Part shown: in pieces, positions 18,362 through 29,105 of the stretch
Numbering within the stretch: the stretch's first letter is position 1
Layout of the letters: each line of letters starts with the position of its first letter
Source of the DNA: an uncultured Clostridia bacterium
Lineage (GTDB): Bacteria > Bacillota > Clostridia > TANB77 > CAG-508
Direction of reading: 5' to 3'
Assembly (NCBI GenBank): GCA_944391745.1
Contig: CALXUS010000003.1
Coordinates: 27,732 to 91,731 of the forward strand
Length of the DNA stretch: 64,000 bases
Translations under genes and position numbers: made by a program
Notes under the pieces: model-generated
What the model was told of the DNA's origin: nothing
What the model saw: only the letters and a program-made list of their open reading frames with translations
Database searches by the model: none

Positions 18362-21300
18362 ATGAAGCAACAAAAGAAAATTTTAGTGATAATATTATTG
18401 ATAATAATGCTAGTACTAATAATAGGTCAAAAAGTATTAGCTAGTGATGAACAAAATAATTTGTATATGCAAGATTATACAGATGAGTTTAAAGAATGGT
18501 TAGAACTTTCAGATGAAGAAAAAGAGAAAGTAATAATGCCAAGAATGTATGAGGTTGAACCATCAGTTAGTTCAAGTCATTCAAATCTATTATTTTTAGC
18601 TAAAGCAATAAAAGCTAGTGTAAATCAAAGATTTAGCTTACAAGATGTAATTCCAGAGAATGTAACAATAAGAAATCAGCAGAGTACTAATTCTTGCTGG
18701 GCTTTTGCTACATTATCTTCATTGGAAACTAATTTAGCATTGTATAATTATAGAAATTCAATAAATTTGTCAAAAATATATAATTTTTCAGAAAGACATT
18801 TAGAATACGCAACTAGCCAATCATTTATTAATAATCAAATAAATAAAGATGGATATAATAGAGAAGTTGGAAGCGGCGGAAATTATTCTTATTCTCATGC
18901 ATATTTAACTAATGGAAGTGGAGCAATACTTGAATCTGAAATGCCATTTGAAAATAATGAAGATGATATAGATATTAGCCAAATAGAAGGTAAAACAGTT
19001 TCAAGTGAAGTGTATGATACAACATTATTTCCAAATTATAATTCTTTAACAGGTACTCAAAGAGATGAAGTTATTAATCAAATAAAGCAGCATATTCAAA
19101 ATTATGGTTCAGTGGAAGTTGCAATACATGGAAATTCTTCTGAGACTGTTGGGTATAGTTGTTATAATAATGAAACAGGTGCAAAGTACTGTAATAATAC
19201 CATTCAACATCCAATAGACCATGCCGTATCAATTATTGGTTGGGACGATAATTATAGTGTTGATAATTTTGCAGAAGATTCAAGACCATCAGCAGATGGA
19301 GCATGGATTGCTAGAAATTCATGGGGTGAAAGGATAGAAGCTAATTTATTAGATATAAAAACTAGTATTTATAATCAAGCTATTGAACAAGGTGTGCAAA
19401 CATGGACATCTCCTGAGGAAGTTCCAGATAGTTTAATTGAAAGTATGGGATATACAATAGAAGGAGATATCGCTTATGTAAAATATGGTGATAATGGAAT
19501 TATTTATATATCTTATGAAGATGTAAATGTTGGTAAACAAATGGCAGGTATTGTAAAAGCTTCAGATACAGTAAATTATGATCATATATATCAATATGAT
19601 AAATTATACCCAAATATAAGTATTCGTGCTACTACTTCTAGTGTAATGCTTAGTAATATATTTAAAAAACAATCATCAGGTTCAGAATATTTAAATGAAG
19701 TAATGATATATGCACCAATAGAACAAACTTGTAAAGTATATGTAAATCCTAATGGAACAAGTACTTCAGCAAGAGATTTACAATTAGTTCAACTAAAATC
19801 AGGTGAATCAGAAAGTATGGAAGTCGGATATCATACTTTAGAGTTTGCTAAACCAGTAAAGATAGTAGGAAATGAATTTGTAGTGGTTGTAGAAATTCAA
19901 AGTAATTCTAATAATGCAGTAATTGGGTTAGAAGGTCAAAGTGATGAAACACCTCAATGGAGTACTGCAGAAGTAGAAACTGGAAAATGCTTTATGGCTT
20001 TTGGAAATGATTTAAATAATTGTACATGGATTGATTTAGGAAAAATTCAAAATCAGTATCCTTCATTAGCAAATGGTGATAGTACAATTAAGGCTTTTAC
20101 TACAAATCAGTTATATGATGAATCTTTAAATAGTATAGAAATAGCAACTCCACCAAATAAGACAACTTATTTTGAAGGTGAGAATTTTGATAAAACTGGA
20201 ATGGTAATAAGGGCTAATTATAATAGCCGTACAAATCCTTCTGTAATATTAGATGATGCAAGCTATAGTATTGAAAATGGAAGTAATTTAAAAGCTGGAC
20301 AAACTGATGTAACTATTACTTATGAGGATAAAAGCGTAAAACAACCAATTACTGTAGAAAAAAACAGTGTAACAAAGCTAGAAATAACTACACAGCCTAG
20401 TAAGGTAGAATACTATGAAGGTGAAAGCTTTGATAGTACAGGAATGGTAATAGAGGCAACTTATAAAGATGGCTCAATAAAGGTAATAGATGATTATACT
20501 ATAGAAGATGGATATAATTTAAAGAATGGACAAACACAAGTAACAATTACTTATGATGATATAACTATTTATCAAGCAATTTCTGTTATACCAAATAGTT
20601 TATTAAGCATTAAAATTACAAAAGAACCTAATAAAACAAATTATGTTGTAGGTCAAGATTTTGATAAAACTGGTATGATAGTTACAGGAAATTTTGAAAA
20701 TGGAGCAAATTATGAAATAGTAGAGTATACTATTGAAAATGGAACTAATTTAGTTTTAGGACAAACTGCAGTAATAATTAATTATGAAGGAATGACAGTA
20801 GAACAACCTATAACTGTTGAAGAAAAAGCAGCAACAGGAATATCTATTAGTAAAAATCCTTCAAAAATGCAATATATTCAAAACAAAGATGAACTAGACT
20901 TAAGTGGTGGAATATTAACAATAACATATAATGATAATACTAGTGAAACTTTAGATTTAGAATCTAACTTAATACAAGTTACAGGCTTTGATAATTCTAA
21001 ACTAGGAAGGAATGTAATTACTTTAACATATTTATCTCAAACTACTACATTAGAAATTGAAATAGTAGCAGAAGAAAGCCAAGATGATGGTGGTTCAACA
21101 AATACAGATGAAAGACCTGAAAATTCAGATTTTAGTAATTCAATATTAAATATAAATAAAGCACAATTTTATACATTTTCAGATTCTTATGAAAGTAATT
21201 ATTTAGTAATAGATGTTACAATAAGTGGAATAGATAGAAATATAGAAGCAAATGATAGCTATGAATATTATTACTATTTATCTCCTGATGCAAATCAAAG

Positions 21301-21706
21301 TAATATTCAAGATTGGATAAAAATAAATGAAAATCAATTATCACAAGATAAACTTGAATTTACAATAAATACAAATGATGTAAAAAATTTGGCAGAATTA
21401 GAAGATGCTGAAAGAATTTATGTATTTATTAGAGAAGTTGCAATAAAAGGAGGAAATCAATCAGTTGTGGTTTCAGTACCATTATATGTTGATTCTTCAG
21501 ATATTGACGTAGAGGTATATCTAGATAATGAAAGAGTATATGAATCTGAACTAGATGATAATGATAAAGAAGATCAAACTACTGCACCAGGAAAATTACC
21601 ACAAACAGGTGTTAGAAATTTTGTAATTATTATATTATTAGTATTAGTGGTAGGCGGAGCAATATTTTTTATAAGATATAAGAAATTGAGTAAGTATGTA
21701 AAATAA
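18362..21706 (+). CDS. cell-wall-anchored C1 (papain-like) cysteine protease with Ig-like repeats and LPXTG signal
   Basis: Signal peptide; QQSTNSCWAFA (Gln/Cys), DHAVSIIGWDD (His), NSWG (Asn). Four ~75-aa Ig-like repeats. The C-terminus has LPQTG, a hydrophobic stretch and RYKK. Confidence 0.85.
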   Translation: MKQQKKILVIILLIIMLVLIIGQKVLASDEQNNLYMQDYTDEFKEWLELSDEEKEKVIMPRMYEVEPSVSSSHSNLLFLAKAIKASVNQRFSLQDVIPENVTIRNQQSTNSCWAFATLSSLETNLALYNYRNSINLSKIYNFSERHLEYATSQSFINNQINKDGYNREVGSGGNYSYSHAYLTNGSGAILESEMPFENNEDDIDISQIEGKTVSSEVYDTTLFPNYNSLTGTQRDEVINQIKQHIQNYGSVEVAIHGNSSETVGYSCYNNETGAKYCNNTIQHPIDHAVSIIGWDDNYSVDNFAEDSRPSADGAWIARNSWGERIEANLLDIKTSIYNQAIEQGVQTWTSPEEVPDSLIESMGYTIEGDIAYVKYGDNGIIYISYEDVNVGKQMAGIVKASDTVNYDHIYQYDKLYPNISIRATTSSVMLSNIFKKQSSGSEYLNEVMIYAPIEQTCKVYVNPNGTSTSARDLQLVQLKSGESESMEVGYHTLEFAKPVKIVGNEFVVVVEIQSNSNNAVIGLEGQSDETPQWSTAEVETGKCFMAFGNDLNNCTWIDLGKIQNQYPSLANGDSTIKAFTTNQLYDESLNSIEIATPPNKTTYFEGENFDKTGMVIRANYNSRTNPSVILDDASYSIENGSNLKAGQTDVTITYEDKSVKQPITVEKNSVTKLEITTQPSKVEYYEGESFDSTGMVIEATYKDGSIKVIDDYTIEDGYNLKNGQTQVTITYDDITIYQAISVIPNSLLSIKITKEPNKTNYVVGQDFDKTGMIVTGNFENGANYEIVEYTIENGTNLVLGQTAVIINYEGMTVEQPITVEEKAATGISISKNPSKMQYIQNKDELDLSGGILTITYNDNTSETLDLESNLIQVTGFDNSKLGRNVITLTYLSQTTTLEIEIVAEESQDDGGSTNTDERPENSDFSNSILNINKAQFYTFSDSYESNYLVIDVTISGIDRNIEANDSYEYYYYLSPDANQSNIQDWIKINENQLSQDKLEFTINTNDVKNLAELEDAERIYVFIREVAIKGGNQSVVVSVPLYVDSSDIDVEVYLDNERVYESELDDNDKEDQTTAPGKLPQTGVRNFVIIILLVLVVGGAIFFIRYKKLSKYVK
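20128..21072 (+). repeat. four tandem Ig-like (Big_3-type) coding repeats inside the protease gene
   Basis: Repeated pattern P.K..Y.(E/V)G(E/Q).FD.TGM.(I/V).(A/G).Y..G........Y.IE(N/D)G.NL..GQT.V.I.Y......Q.I.V. Confidence 0.7.
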
Positions 21707-21788
21707 TAATATAACTTATGATGAAAGATATTTATGAGTATTAAATACTTGTAAATATCTTTATATATTATAAAGAAAGGAAGAAAAA

Positions 21789-22223
21789 ATGAGGCTAGTT
21801 GTACAAAGAGTAAAAAATGCAAAAGTAGAAGTAGAAAATAAAATTGTTGGAAAAATAGATAAAGGATATATGGTATTAGTGGGGGTAGGACCTAATGATA
21901 CAGAGAAAGAAGCGGATTATTTAGTAAAAAAATTAATTAATTTAAGGGTATTTGAAGATGAAAACGGAAAAATGAATTTAAGTATAAAAGATGTTAATGG
22001 AGCTCTTTTATTAATATCGCAATTTACATTATATGCTGATTGTTCAGGAGGAAATAGACCATCGTTTATAAATGCTGCTAAACCTGAAAAAGCAAATGAA
22101 TTATATGAGTATTTTTGTAAGAAATGTAGTGAAAATGTTCCTGTAGAAAAAGGAATATTTGGAGCAAAGATGGAAGTTACACTTCAAAATAGTGGACCAG
22201 TAACTATTTTATTAGAAAAATAA
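21789..22223 (+). CDS. dtd: D-aminoacyl-tRNA deacylase
   Basis: [11 protein letters not shown]......G.I..G..VLVGV...D.......L..K....R.F.D..GKMN.S......G.LL.SQFTL.AD...G.RPSF. Confidence 0.9.
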   Translation: MRLVVQRVKNAKVEVENKIVGKIDKGYMVLVGVGPNDTEKEADYLVKKLINLRVFEDENGKMNLSIKDVNGALLLISQFTLYADCSGGNRPSFINAAKPEKANELYEYFCKKCSENVPVEKGIFGAKMEVTLQNSGPVTILLEK

Positions 22224-22320
22224 TAAATAAAGCTACTTTTCTTACTTGAAAGTATTGAAATTACCATAAAAACTGAGTATAATAATGTATATTGAAAATA
22301 AATATGAAAGGGCAATAGAA

Positions 22321-24081
22321 ATGTACAGAAATCATAATTGTGGAGAATTAAATATAAAAAATGTTGGAGAAATAGTAGAACTTGCAGGATGGGTACAAAG
22401 AATTAGAAATTTAGGTTCTATGCAATTTGTTGATTTAAGAGATGAAAAAGGTATTACTCAATTAGTAATTTCTGATGAAAAGCTTAAAGAACAAATGTCT
22501 GAAATTAATCCTGAATCAGTTATAAGCATAGAGGGAAAAGTAGTAGAGCGTTCAAATAAAAATCCCAAAATGCCAACAGGTGAAATTGAAATTGAAACTA
22601 GCAAAATTACTTTACTTGGTAAATGTAAAAGTTCATTACCATTTGAAATAAATTCAGAGAAAATAGATATAAATAACGTAAGAGAAGATTTGAGACTTCA
22701 ATATAGATATTTAGATTTAAGAAATGATAAATTGCATAAAACTATTCTTTTACGTTCTAAGGTATTAAAATCAATAAGAAGTAAAATGGATGAATTAGGA
22801 TTTACAGAAATTCAAACACCAATATTAGCTAATTCATCTCCAGAAGGTGCTAGAGACTATTTAGTTCCAAGTAGACTTCATGCAGGAAAATTTTACGCAC
22901 TTCCACAAGCACCTCAACAATTTAAACAGCTTTTAATGGTTTCAGGTTTTGACAAATATTATCAAATAGCTCCATGCTTCAGAGATGAGGATCCTAGAGC
23001 TGATAGGGCACCAGGAGAATTCTATCAACTTGATTTTGAAATGGCATTTGCAACTCAAGAAGATGTATTCAAAGTTATAGAAGAAGTTGTTCCAAGTGTA
23101 TTTGAAGAACATACAAGTTGGAAAGTTGATAAGGGTCCATTTGTAAGAATTCCTTATAAAGAAGCAATGGAAAAGTATGGTATAGATAAACCAGATTTAA
23201 GAAATCCACTTATTATACAAGATGCAACTAATTTGTTTAAGAAGACTGAATTTAATGCATTTAAGGACAAAACTATTAAAGCAATAGTTGTACCAAAAGG
23301 AGCCTCTCAAGGCAGAAAATTCTTTGATAATATGACAGAGTATGCAGTAAATGAAGCTGAAGCTAAAGGACTTGCTTGGGTTAAAGTAGATGAAGAAAAT
23401 AATTTAACTGGCGGTATAGCAAAATTCATTACAGATGAAATCAAAACTGAATTAGGAGCTAAAGCTGGTGATAGCATATTCTTCATAGCAGATGAATTCC
23501 ATAAAGCACAAAAAATAGCTGGTTTAGTTAGAATTGAACTTGGAAAAAGATTAGATTTAATTGAAAAGAATGTATACAAATTCTGCTTTATTGTAGATTT
23601 TCCAATGTACGAATATAATGAAGATGAGCAGAAAGTTGATTTTAACCATAATCCATTCTCAATGCCACAAGGTGGAATGGAAGCATTACAAAATAAAGAT
23701 CCATTAGATATTTTAGCTTATCAATTTGACTTGGTTTGCAATGGTTATGAAATGGCATCAGGAGCTGTTAGAAACCATGATCCAGAAATAATGACAAAAG
23801 CATTTGAAATAGCTGGATATACAGAGGATGATGTTAAGAAAAAATTTGGAGCTTTATATACAGCATTTCAATATGGTACGCCACCACATGCAGGTGCTGC
23901 ACCTGGATTAGATAGAATGATTATGCTTATAGCAGATTCAACTAATATAAGAGATGTTATAGCATTTCCAAAGAACAAAAAGGCTAGAGATGTTATGATG
24001 AATGCTCCAAGTAAAGTTACAGATGAGCAATTAAAAGATGTTCATATAAAAGTAACTGAAATGGAAGATGAAGAGGAATAA
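22321..24081 (+). CDS. aspS: aspartyl-tRNA synthetase
   Basis: The N-terminus YRNHNCGEL..GWVQR.R..G...F.DLRD..G is the OB-fold region. Class II motifs are present: FRDEDPRADR, QLDFEM, GTPPHAG.A.GLDR. Start moved to ATG 22321. Confidence 0.93.
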   Translation: MYRNHNCGELNIKNVGEIVELAGWVQRIRNLGSMQFVDLRDEKGITQLVISDEKLKEQMSEINPESVISIEGKVVERSNKNPKMPTGEIEIETSKITLLGKCKSSLPFEINSEKIDINNVREDLRLQYRYLDLRNDKLHKTILLRSKVLKSIRSKMDELGFTEIQTPILANSSPEGARDYLVPSRLHAGKFYALPQAPQQFKQLLMVSGFDKYYQIAPCFRDEDPRADRAPGEFYQLDFEMAFATQEDVFKVIEEVVPSVFEEHTSWKVDKGPFVRIPYKEAMEKYGIDKPDLRNPLIIQDATNLFKKTEFNAFKDKTIKAIVVPKGASQGRKFFDNMTEYAVNEAEAKGLAWVKVDEENNLTGGIAKFITDEIKTELGAKAGDSIFFIADEFHKAQKIAGLVRIELGKRLDLIEKNVYKFCFIVDFPMYEYNEDEQKVDFNHNPFSMPQGGMEALQNKDPLDILAYQFDLVCNGYEMASGAVRNHDPEIMTKAFEIAGYTEDDVKKKFGALYTAFQYGTPPHAGAAPGLDRMIMLIADSTNIRDVIAFPKNKKARDVMMNAPSKVTDEQLKDVHIKVTEMEDEEE

Positions 24082-24087
24082 AATATA

Positions 24088-24118
24088 ACCTGGACTTAAA
24101 AATGTCCAGGTCATTTTT
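24088..24118 (+). terminator. rho-independent terminator after aspS
   Basis: ACCTGGAC..GTCCAGGT, then a T-run. Confidence 0.7.
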
Positions 24119-24230
24119 ATTATTATATTATTACGATAATCAAAAAATATTTTTATCCTGTATTAATTAAATATTCTAAAAAATATTGAAATATAACGAA
24201 TATTATGGTATAAAGTAATAGGAGAAATGT

Positions 24231-25268
24231 ATGAAAAATATAAAAGACTACAATTTAGAAGAATTAAAAAACGAATTAATTGCTCTTGGTGAGAAACCTT
24301 TTAGAGCTGAGCAAATATTTAAATGGTTATATGTTGAAAAGGTTCATAGTTTTGATAAAATGACAAATTTGTCCATTGAACTTAGAAAAAAATTAAATGA
24401 AAACTATGATATTTGCAATTTTAGCATAGTAAAAAAGCTTGAATCAATTGATGGTACAAAGAAGTACTTATTTGGCTTAAATGATGGTAATGCTATAGAA
24501 TCAGTTTTAATGCAATATCATTTTGGAAAAACAGTTTGTGTGTCATCACAAATAGGATGTAAAATGGGTTGCAAGTTTTGTGCATCTACAGGTATTCCAT
24601 TTATTAGAAGTTTAACCTCTGGAGAGATAGTAGAGCAAATAATAGCAATAGAACAAGATATAGGAGAACATATATCAAATATTGTATTTATGGGAATAGG
24701 AGAACCTTTTGATAATTATGATAATGTTATGAATAGCATAAAAATTCTAAATAATCAAAAGGGATTAAATATAGGTGCTAGACATATAAGTATTTCTACA
24801 AGTGGAATAGTACCTAAAATATATCAGTTCGCAGATGAAAATATTCAATGTACATTATCAATTTCATTACATAGTGCAAATAATGAGACAAGAAGTAGTA
24901 TGATGCCAGTAAATAATGCATATAATATACAAGAGTTAATAAAAGCTTGTAAATATTATATTAGTAAAACTAACAAAAGAATTTCATTTGAATATGCGTT
25001 AGCAAAGGACAATAATGATAATCAAAGATCAGCAGATGAATTAGTGGCATTATTACATGGTATGCTTTGTCATGTTAATTTAATTCCTATTAATAAAATT
25101 GAAAATGGAAAATACATAAAAAGCTCAAATGACAATATTATAAAGTTTAGGGATTATCTAAATAGTAAGGGGATAACAGCAACTATTCGAAGAGAATTGG
25201 GTTCTGATATTGATGCAGCATGTGGGCAATTGAGAAGAAAAAACCTTAATAAGAATAATGTTGAATGA
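24231..25268 (+). CDS. rlmN: 23S rRNA/tRNA adenine-C2 methyltransferase RlmN (radical SAM)
   Basis: FRA.QIF.W.Y......F..MTNL; radical-SAM cluster CVSSQIGCKMGCKFCASTG; C-terminal DIDAACGQL. Confidence 0.92.
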   Translation: MKNIKDYNLEELKNELIALGEKPFRAEQIFKWLYVEKVHSFDKMTNLSIELRKKLNENYDICNFSIVKKLESIDGTKKYLFGLNDGNAIESVLMQYHFGKTVCVSSQIGCKMGCKFCASTGIPFIRSLTSGEIVEQIIAIEQDIGEHISNIVFMGIGEPFDNYDNVMNSIKILNNQKGLNIGARHISISTSGIVPKIYQFADENIQCTLSISLHSANNETRSSMMPVNNAYNIQELIKACKYYISKTNKRISFEYALAKDNNDNQRSADELVALLHGMLCHVNLIPINKIENGKYIKSSNDNIIKFRDYLNSKGITATIRRELGSDIDAACGQLRRKNLNKNNVE

Positions 25269-25314
25269 AATTTGAAAGAATAAAATTATGCAATTTATAA
25301 AATAGGAGGAAATT

Positions 25315-26043
25315 ATGATGCAAGCTTTTGCAACTTCAGATATAGGAAAATCTAGACATATAAATGAAGATTCCTATTTCGCTTCTAAGCCTGACGATCC
25401 AATAAAATTATTTATTGTCGCAGATGGCATGGGAGGTTATAAAGGCGGAGAAATTGCAAGTACAATGGCAGTTAATGCAGCTAGAAATTACATATTAAGT
25501 AATTTTGAAAAATCCAAAAGTGATAAAGAAACTTTGCTTAGCTTAGTGAAAAGTAGTAGTCAATATGCAAATATGGTTGTTTATGACAAATCTAGAGAAA
25601 ACGAAGAACTTAAAAATATGGGAACAACTTTAGATGTATGCTTGATTTATGATAATAAAGCTTTTATATCGCATATTGGTGATAGTAGAATATATAGAAT
25701 AAGAAAAGATTTTATGCGTAAACTTACTAAGGATCATAGTTATGTTCAGCAGTTGGTTGATGAAGGAAAAATCACTAAAGAAGAAAGTATGACTCATCCT
25801 AAAAAGAATATGTTAATTAAAGCATTAGGTTGTACAGAATTTATTGAACCAGATAACATGATAAAAGGATTTATAAAAGGTGATATAATTTTAATGTGTA
25901 CTGATGGACTAACAAATATGGTAAGTGAAAAAGAAATTTTTGAAATAATAAAGTCAGATACAAAAGATCCATCAAAAGAATTAATTAATAAAGCTAATGA
26001 AAAGGGTGGACTTGATAATATTACAGCAGTAATCATAAAGTAA
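25315..26043 (+). CDS. prpC: PP2C-family Ser/Thr phosphatase (Stp/PrpC)
   Basis: SD.G..R..NEDS, ADGMGG...GE.AS, GTT and DGLTN..., DN.T motifs. It lies immediately upstream of prkC. Confidence 0.9.
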   Translation: MMQAFATSDIGKSRHINEDSYFASKPDDPIKLFIVADGMGGYKGGEIASTMAVNAARNYILSNFEKSKSDKETLLSLVKSSSQYANMVVYDKSRENEELKNMGTTLDVCLIYDNKAFISHIGDSRIYRIRKDFMRKLTKDHSYVQQLVDEGKITKEESMTHPKKNMLIKALGCTEFIEPDNMIKGFIKGDIILMCTDGLTNMVSEKEIFEIIKSDTKDPSKELINKANEKGGLDNITAVIIK

Positions 26044-26050
26044 GGAGAAA

Positions 26051-28051
26051 GTGATTATGAATTTAATAGGTAAAATAATTGGTAACAGGTATGAAATCCT
26101 CGAAGAAGTAGGTCTTGGAGGAATGGCAACAGTTTATAAGGCAAAAGACCATGTTTTAAATAGATTAGTTGCGGTAAAGGTCCTAAAAGATGAATTTACA
26201 ACAGATACAGATTTTATTAAGAGATTTAACACTGAAGCTCAATCAGCAGCAAGTCTTTCTCATCCAAATATTGTTTCAATATATGATGTAGGACATGAAG
26301 ATGAAAATAATCTATACTATATTGTAATGGAACTAGTACAAGGAAAGACTTTAAAGGAAATTATAAATAGTGAAGGTGCATTATCTTGGAAGTGGGCAGT
26401 TAATATTGCTATGCAAATAGCATCTGCATTAGAATTAGCTCATAAAAATGGAATTGTCCATAGAGATATCAAACCACACAATATAATTATTACAGAAGAT
26501 GGAATAGCTAAGGTAACAGATTTTGGTATAGCAAAAGCTGTATCAAATTCAACAATAACAGCTTTTGGAACAACAATAGGGTCAGTACATTATTTTTCGC
26601 CAGAACAAGCAAAAGGTGGTTTCACTGATGCAAAATCTGACTTATATTCGTTAGGTGTAGTAATGTATGAAATGCTTACTGGAAAAGTACCTTTTGATGC
26701 AGACACACCTGTTTCTGTGGCATTAAAACACATGCAAGAGGATCCTAAAGAGCCAATTGAGTTAAACCCAGAAATTCCTACAGCAGTTAATCAAATTGTA
26801 ATAAAAGCAATGCAAAAAGAACCATCAGCTCGATACCAATCTGCAACAGAAATGATACACGATTTAAGTAAAGCTCTAAAAGACCCAGATGGTGATTTTG
26901 TTATAATTGAAAATAAAGATGGTGGTTATACAAGAGTAATGCAAGCCATTAAAGATGATCAAGTAAAAACAAATAATGGTGAAGAAGTTAAAACAAAAAC
27001 AAATTTCTTCACTGAACATCCAAAAGCTAAAATATTAATAATAATTTTAGGTTTAATATTATTATTTGTAGTAGTATTCTTAATTACTAAATTAATTATT
27101 GATGGTGGTATAAATTCAAAAGTAGATATGCCTAACTTAGTTGGTAAGACTAGGGATGAAGCACAGCAGATTGCTGATGATTTAGGTGTTAGACTTGAAG
27201 TACTAGAAGTTGCAAGTAGTGATGTAGAAGAGGGAAAAGTTATATCTCAAGATCCTGAATATTCAGAAACAAAGATAGATAAAGATACTGTTATAAAAAT
27301 TAATGTAAGTAAGGGACCAGAAGAATCTGAATTACCTAAGTTAGAAGGATTGAAGATAGATGATGCTAGAAAAACTGCTGAAACTTTAGGTATAACATTG
27401 GATGAGCAAAAACAAACTAGTGACACAGTAGAAAAGGATGTAATAATTAAACAAGATACAGCTGTAGGTACACTTGTAAAACCTGGAGATACAGTTGTAG
27501 TTCATATTAGCTCAGGTGTAGAGCAAGTTAAGGTACCAACAGTTCTAGGTATGGATGAAGGAACTGCAGTTGCAACACTTAAAAATGCTAATTTAACTCC
27601 AAAAGTTACTTATGAAAGTAATGAAGAAGAGGAAGATGGAAAAGTCATTTCTCAAAGTAAAGAAGCTAATACTGAAACTGATAAAAATTCTGAGATAGAA
27701 ATAGTTGTTAATAAAATTGTAAAACAAGAAAAAACAATTAATGTTATAGTTGATGTAGAGTCAATTATGGGAGCAAGTTCATCTCAAGTTGGAAATACAA
27801 CTAATGAAGTTGGCGAAACTACGAATTCTGATAAGGTAAATGTTACAATTTTAATAGATGGTGTTGAAAGAGATCAAAAATCAGCTAGTGTAAATGATTC
27901 AGAGTTTGAAGCTTATTCATATAAATCTACTGGAACACATGATATTACAGTAAAAGTTGGATCTAATTATACAAGAACTAGAAGTATAAATTTTGATGAA
28001 TCAGATGACAATAGAAATGTAATATTTGATAATAATACAGCTAGTGACTAA
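26051..28051 (+). CDS. prkC: Ser/Thr kinase PrkC with three PASTA domains
   Basis: GGMATVYKA..VAVK, HRDIKPHN, DFGIA; one TM; three PASTA-like units (MPNLVGKT.DEA, LPKLEGLKIDDA, VPTVLGMDEGTA). Confidence 0.92.
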   Translation: MIMNLIGKIIGNRYEILEEVGLGGMATVYKAKDHVLNRLVAVKVLKDEFTTDTDFIKRFNTEAQSAASLSHPNIVSIYDVGHEDENNLYYIVMELVQGKTLKEIINSEGALSWKWAVNIAMQIASALELAHKNGIVHRDIKPHNIIITEDGIAKVTDFGIAKAVSNSTITAFGTTIGSVHYFSPEQAKGGFTDAKSDLYSLGVVMYEMLTGKVPFDADTPVSVALKHMQEDPKEPIELNPEIPTAVNQIVIKAMQKEPSARYQSATEMIHDLSKALKDPDGDFVIIENKDGGYTRVMQAIKDDQVKTNNGEEVKTKTNFFTEHPKAKILIIILGLILLFVVVFLITKLIIDGGINSKVDMPNLVGKTRDEAQQIADDLGVRLEVLEVASSDVEEGKVISQDPEYSETKIDKDTVIKINVSKGPEESELPKLEGLKIDDARKTAETLGITLDEQKQTSDTVEKDVIIKQDTAVGTLVKPGDTVVVHISSGVEQVKVPTVLGMDEGTAVATLKNANLTPKVTYESNEEEEDGKVISQSKEANTETDKNSEIEIVVNKIVKQEKTINVIVDVESIMGASSSQVGNTTNEVGETTNSDKVNVTILIDGVERDQKSASVNDSEFEAYSYKSTGTHDITVKVGSNYTRTRSINFDESDDNRNVIFDNNTASD

Positions 28052-28065
28052 TAGTTAGAAAAAAG

Positions 28066-28095
28066 GGCGTTTAATATTAAACGTTCTTTTTATTC
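28066..28095 (+). terminator. terminator after prkC
   Basis: GCGTTTAATATTAAACGT palindrome followed by TCTTTTT. Confidence 0.55.
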
Positions 28096-28161
28096 TTTAT
28101 AGTTTGAAGGATTATAAAAATGTGATATAATAATATTATTAGTTAAATAAAAGGAGTTTTA

Positions 28162-29091
28162 ATGAAAGCAACAATTATACAAAATATTTCTAATCAATAT
28201 AAAGTCGTAGATGAATTAGATAAAATACATATATGCACAGCAAGAGGTAGGTTAAAAAATACTACTCAAATATTAAATAAAAGAGAGCAAAGAGCTTTAA
28301 GAGTGGCAAGTAATTTTGGAAAAATAAATACCTTAACACCTGTTGCTGGTGATAAAGTAGAGATAGAAAATGATACCATTATAAAGATATATGAAAGAAC
28401 TAATTATATAAAAAGACCCAAAATAGCTAATGTTACTCAAGTAGTATTTGTGGTATCTTTAAAAAATCCAGAGCCTGATTTGTTAATGCTTGATAAGCAA
28501 TTAGCTTTTTCAGAAAATATGGGATTAAAAAGTATAATAGTACTTAATAAATGTGATTTAGAAGATGGTTCTGAGTTAAAAGAATTGTATGAAAAAGTTG
28601 GCTATAAAGTGTTAGAAATGCAAGCAAATAAAAACATTGGAATAGATGCGTTAAAGCAATATTTAATAGGTAATATTACTGTATTTTCAGGTAATTCGGG
28701 AGTAGGCAAATCAACAATTATAAATAGCCTATTTGGAAAGAACATTACAGACGAAGGCGTAGTTAGTGAAAAAAATAAAAGAGGAAAGAATACAACCACT
28801 GCAGTTACTTTATACGAATTAGAAAAAGATACTTATATAGCTGATACACCTGGATTTAGTACATTTGATATAAATGAAATAGACTATAAAAATTTAGATA
28901 AAGAGTTTAAAGAATTTATTCCTTATATTGGAGAATGCAAGTATGTAGGATGTAGTCATATTTATGAAGATGAAAAAGAATGTAACATAAAAAGAGCAGT
29001 GACTGAAGGAAAAATATCAAAGTTAAGATATGATAATTTTGTAAAAATATATAAAGAATTAGAAGAAAACTATAAAAAACGCTATAATTAA
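28162..29091 (+). CDS. rsgA: ribosome small-subunit-dependent GTPase A
   Basis: Circularly permuted GTPase order (NKCDL ... GNSGVGKSTIIN ... DTPGF) with a C-terminal Cys cluster (CKYVGCSH....C). Confidence 0.9.
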   Translation: MKATIIQNISNQYKVVDELDKIHICTARGRLKNTTQILNKREQRALRVASNFGKINTLTPVAGDKVEIENDTIIKIYERTNYIKRPKIANVTQVVFVVSLKNPEPDLLMLDKQLAFSENMGLKSIIVLNKCDLEDGSELKELYEKVGYKVLEMQANKNIGIDALKQYLIGNITVFSGNSGVGKSTIINSLFGKNITDEGVVSEKNKRGKNTTTAVTLYELEKDTYIADTPGFSTFDINEIDYKNLDKEFKEFIPYIGECKYVGCSHIYEDEKECNIKRAVTEGKISKLRYDNFVKIYKELEENYKKRYN

Positions 29092-29105
29092 AAAGGAGTT
29101 AAGGT

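Noticed and set aside
28240-28330. Apparent extra segment near the N-terminal OB domain of RsgA (..TTQILNKREQRALRVASNFGKINT..) and the N-terminal extension of S18.
   Set aside because: These regions vary in length among homologues. Without an alignment I cannot show that they are unusual.
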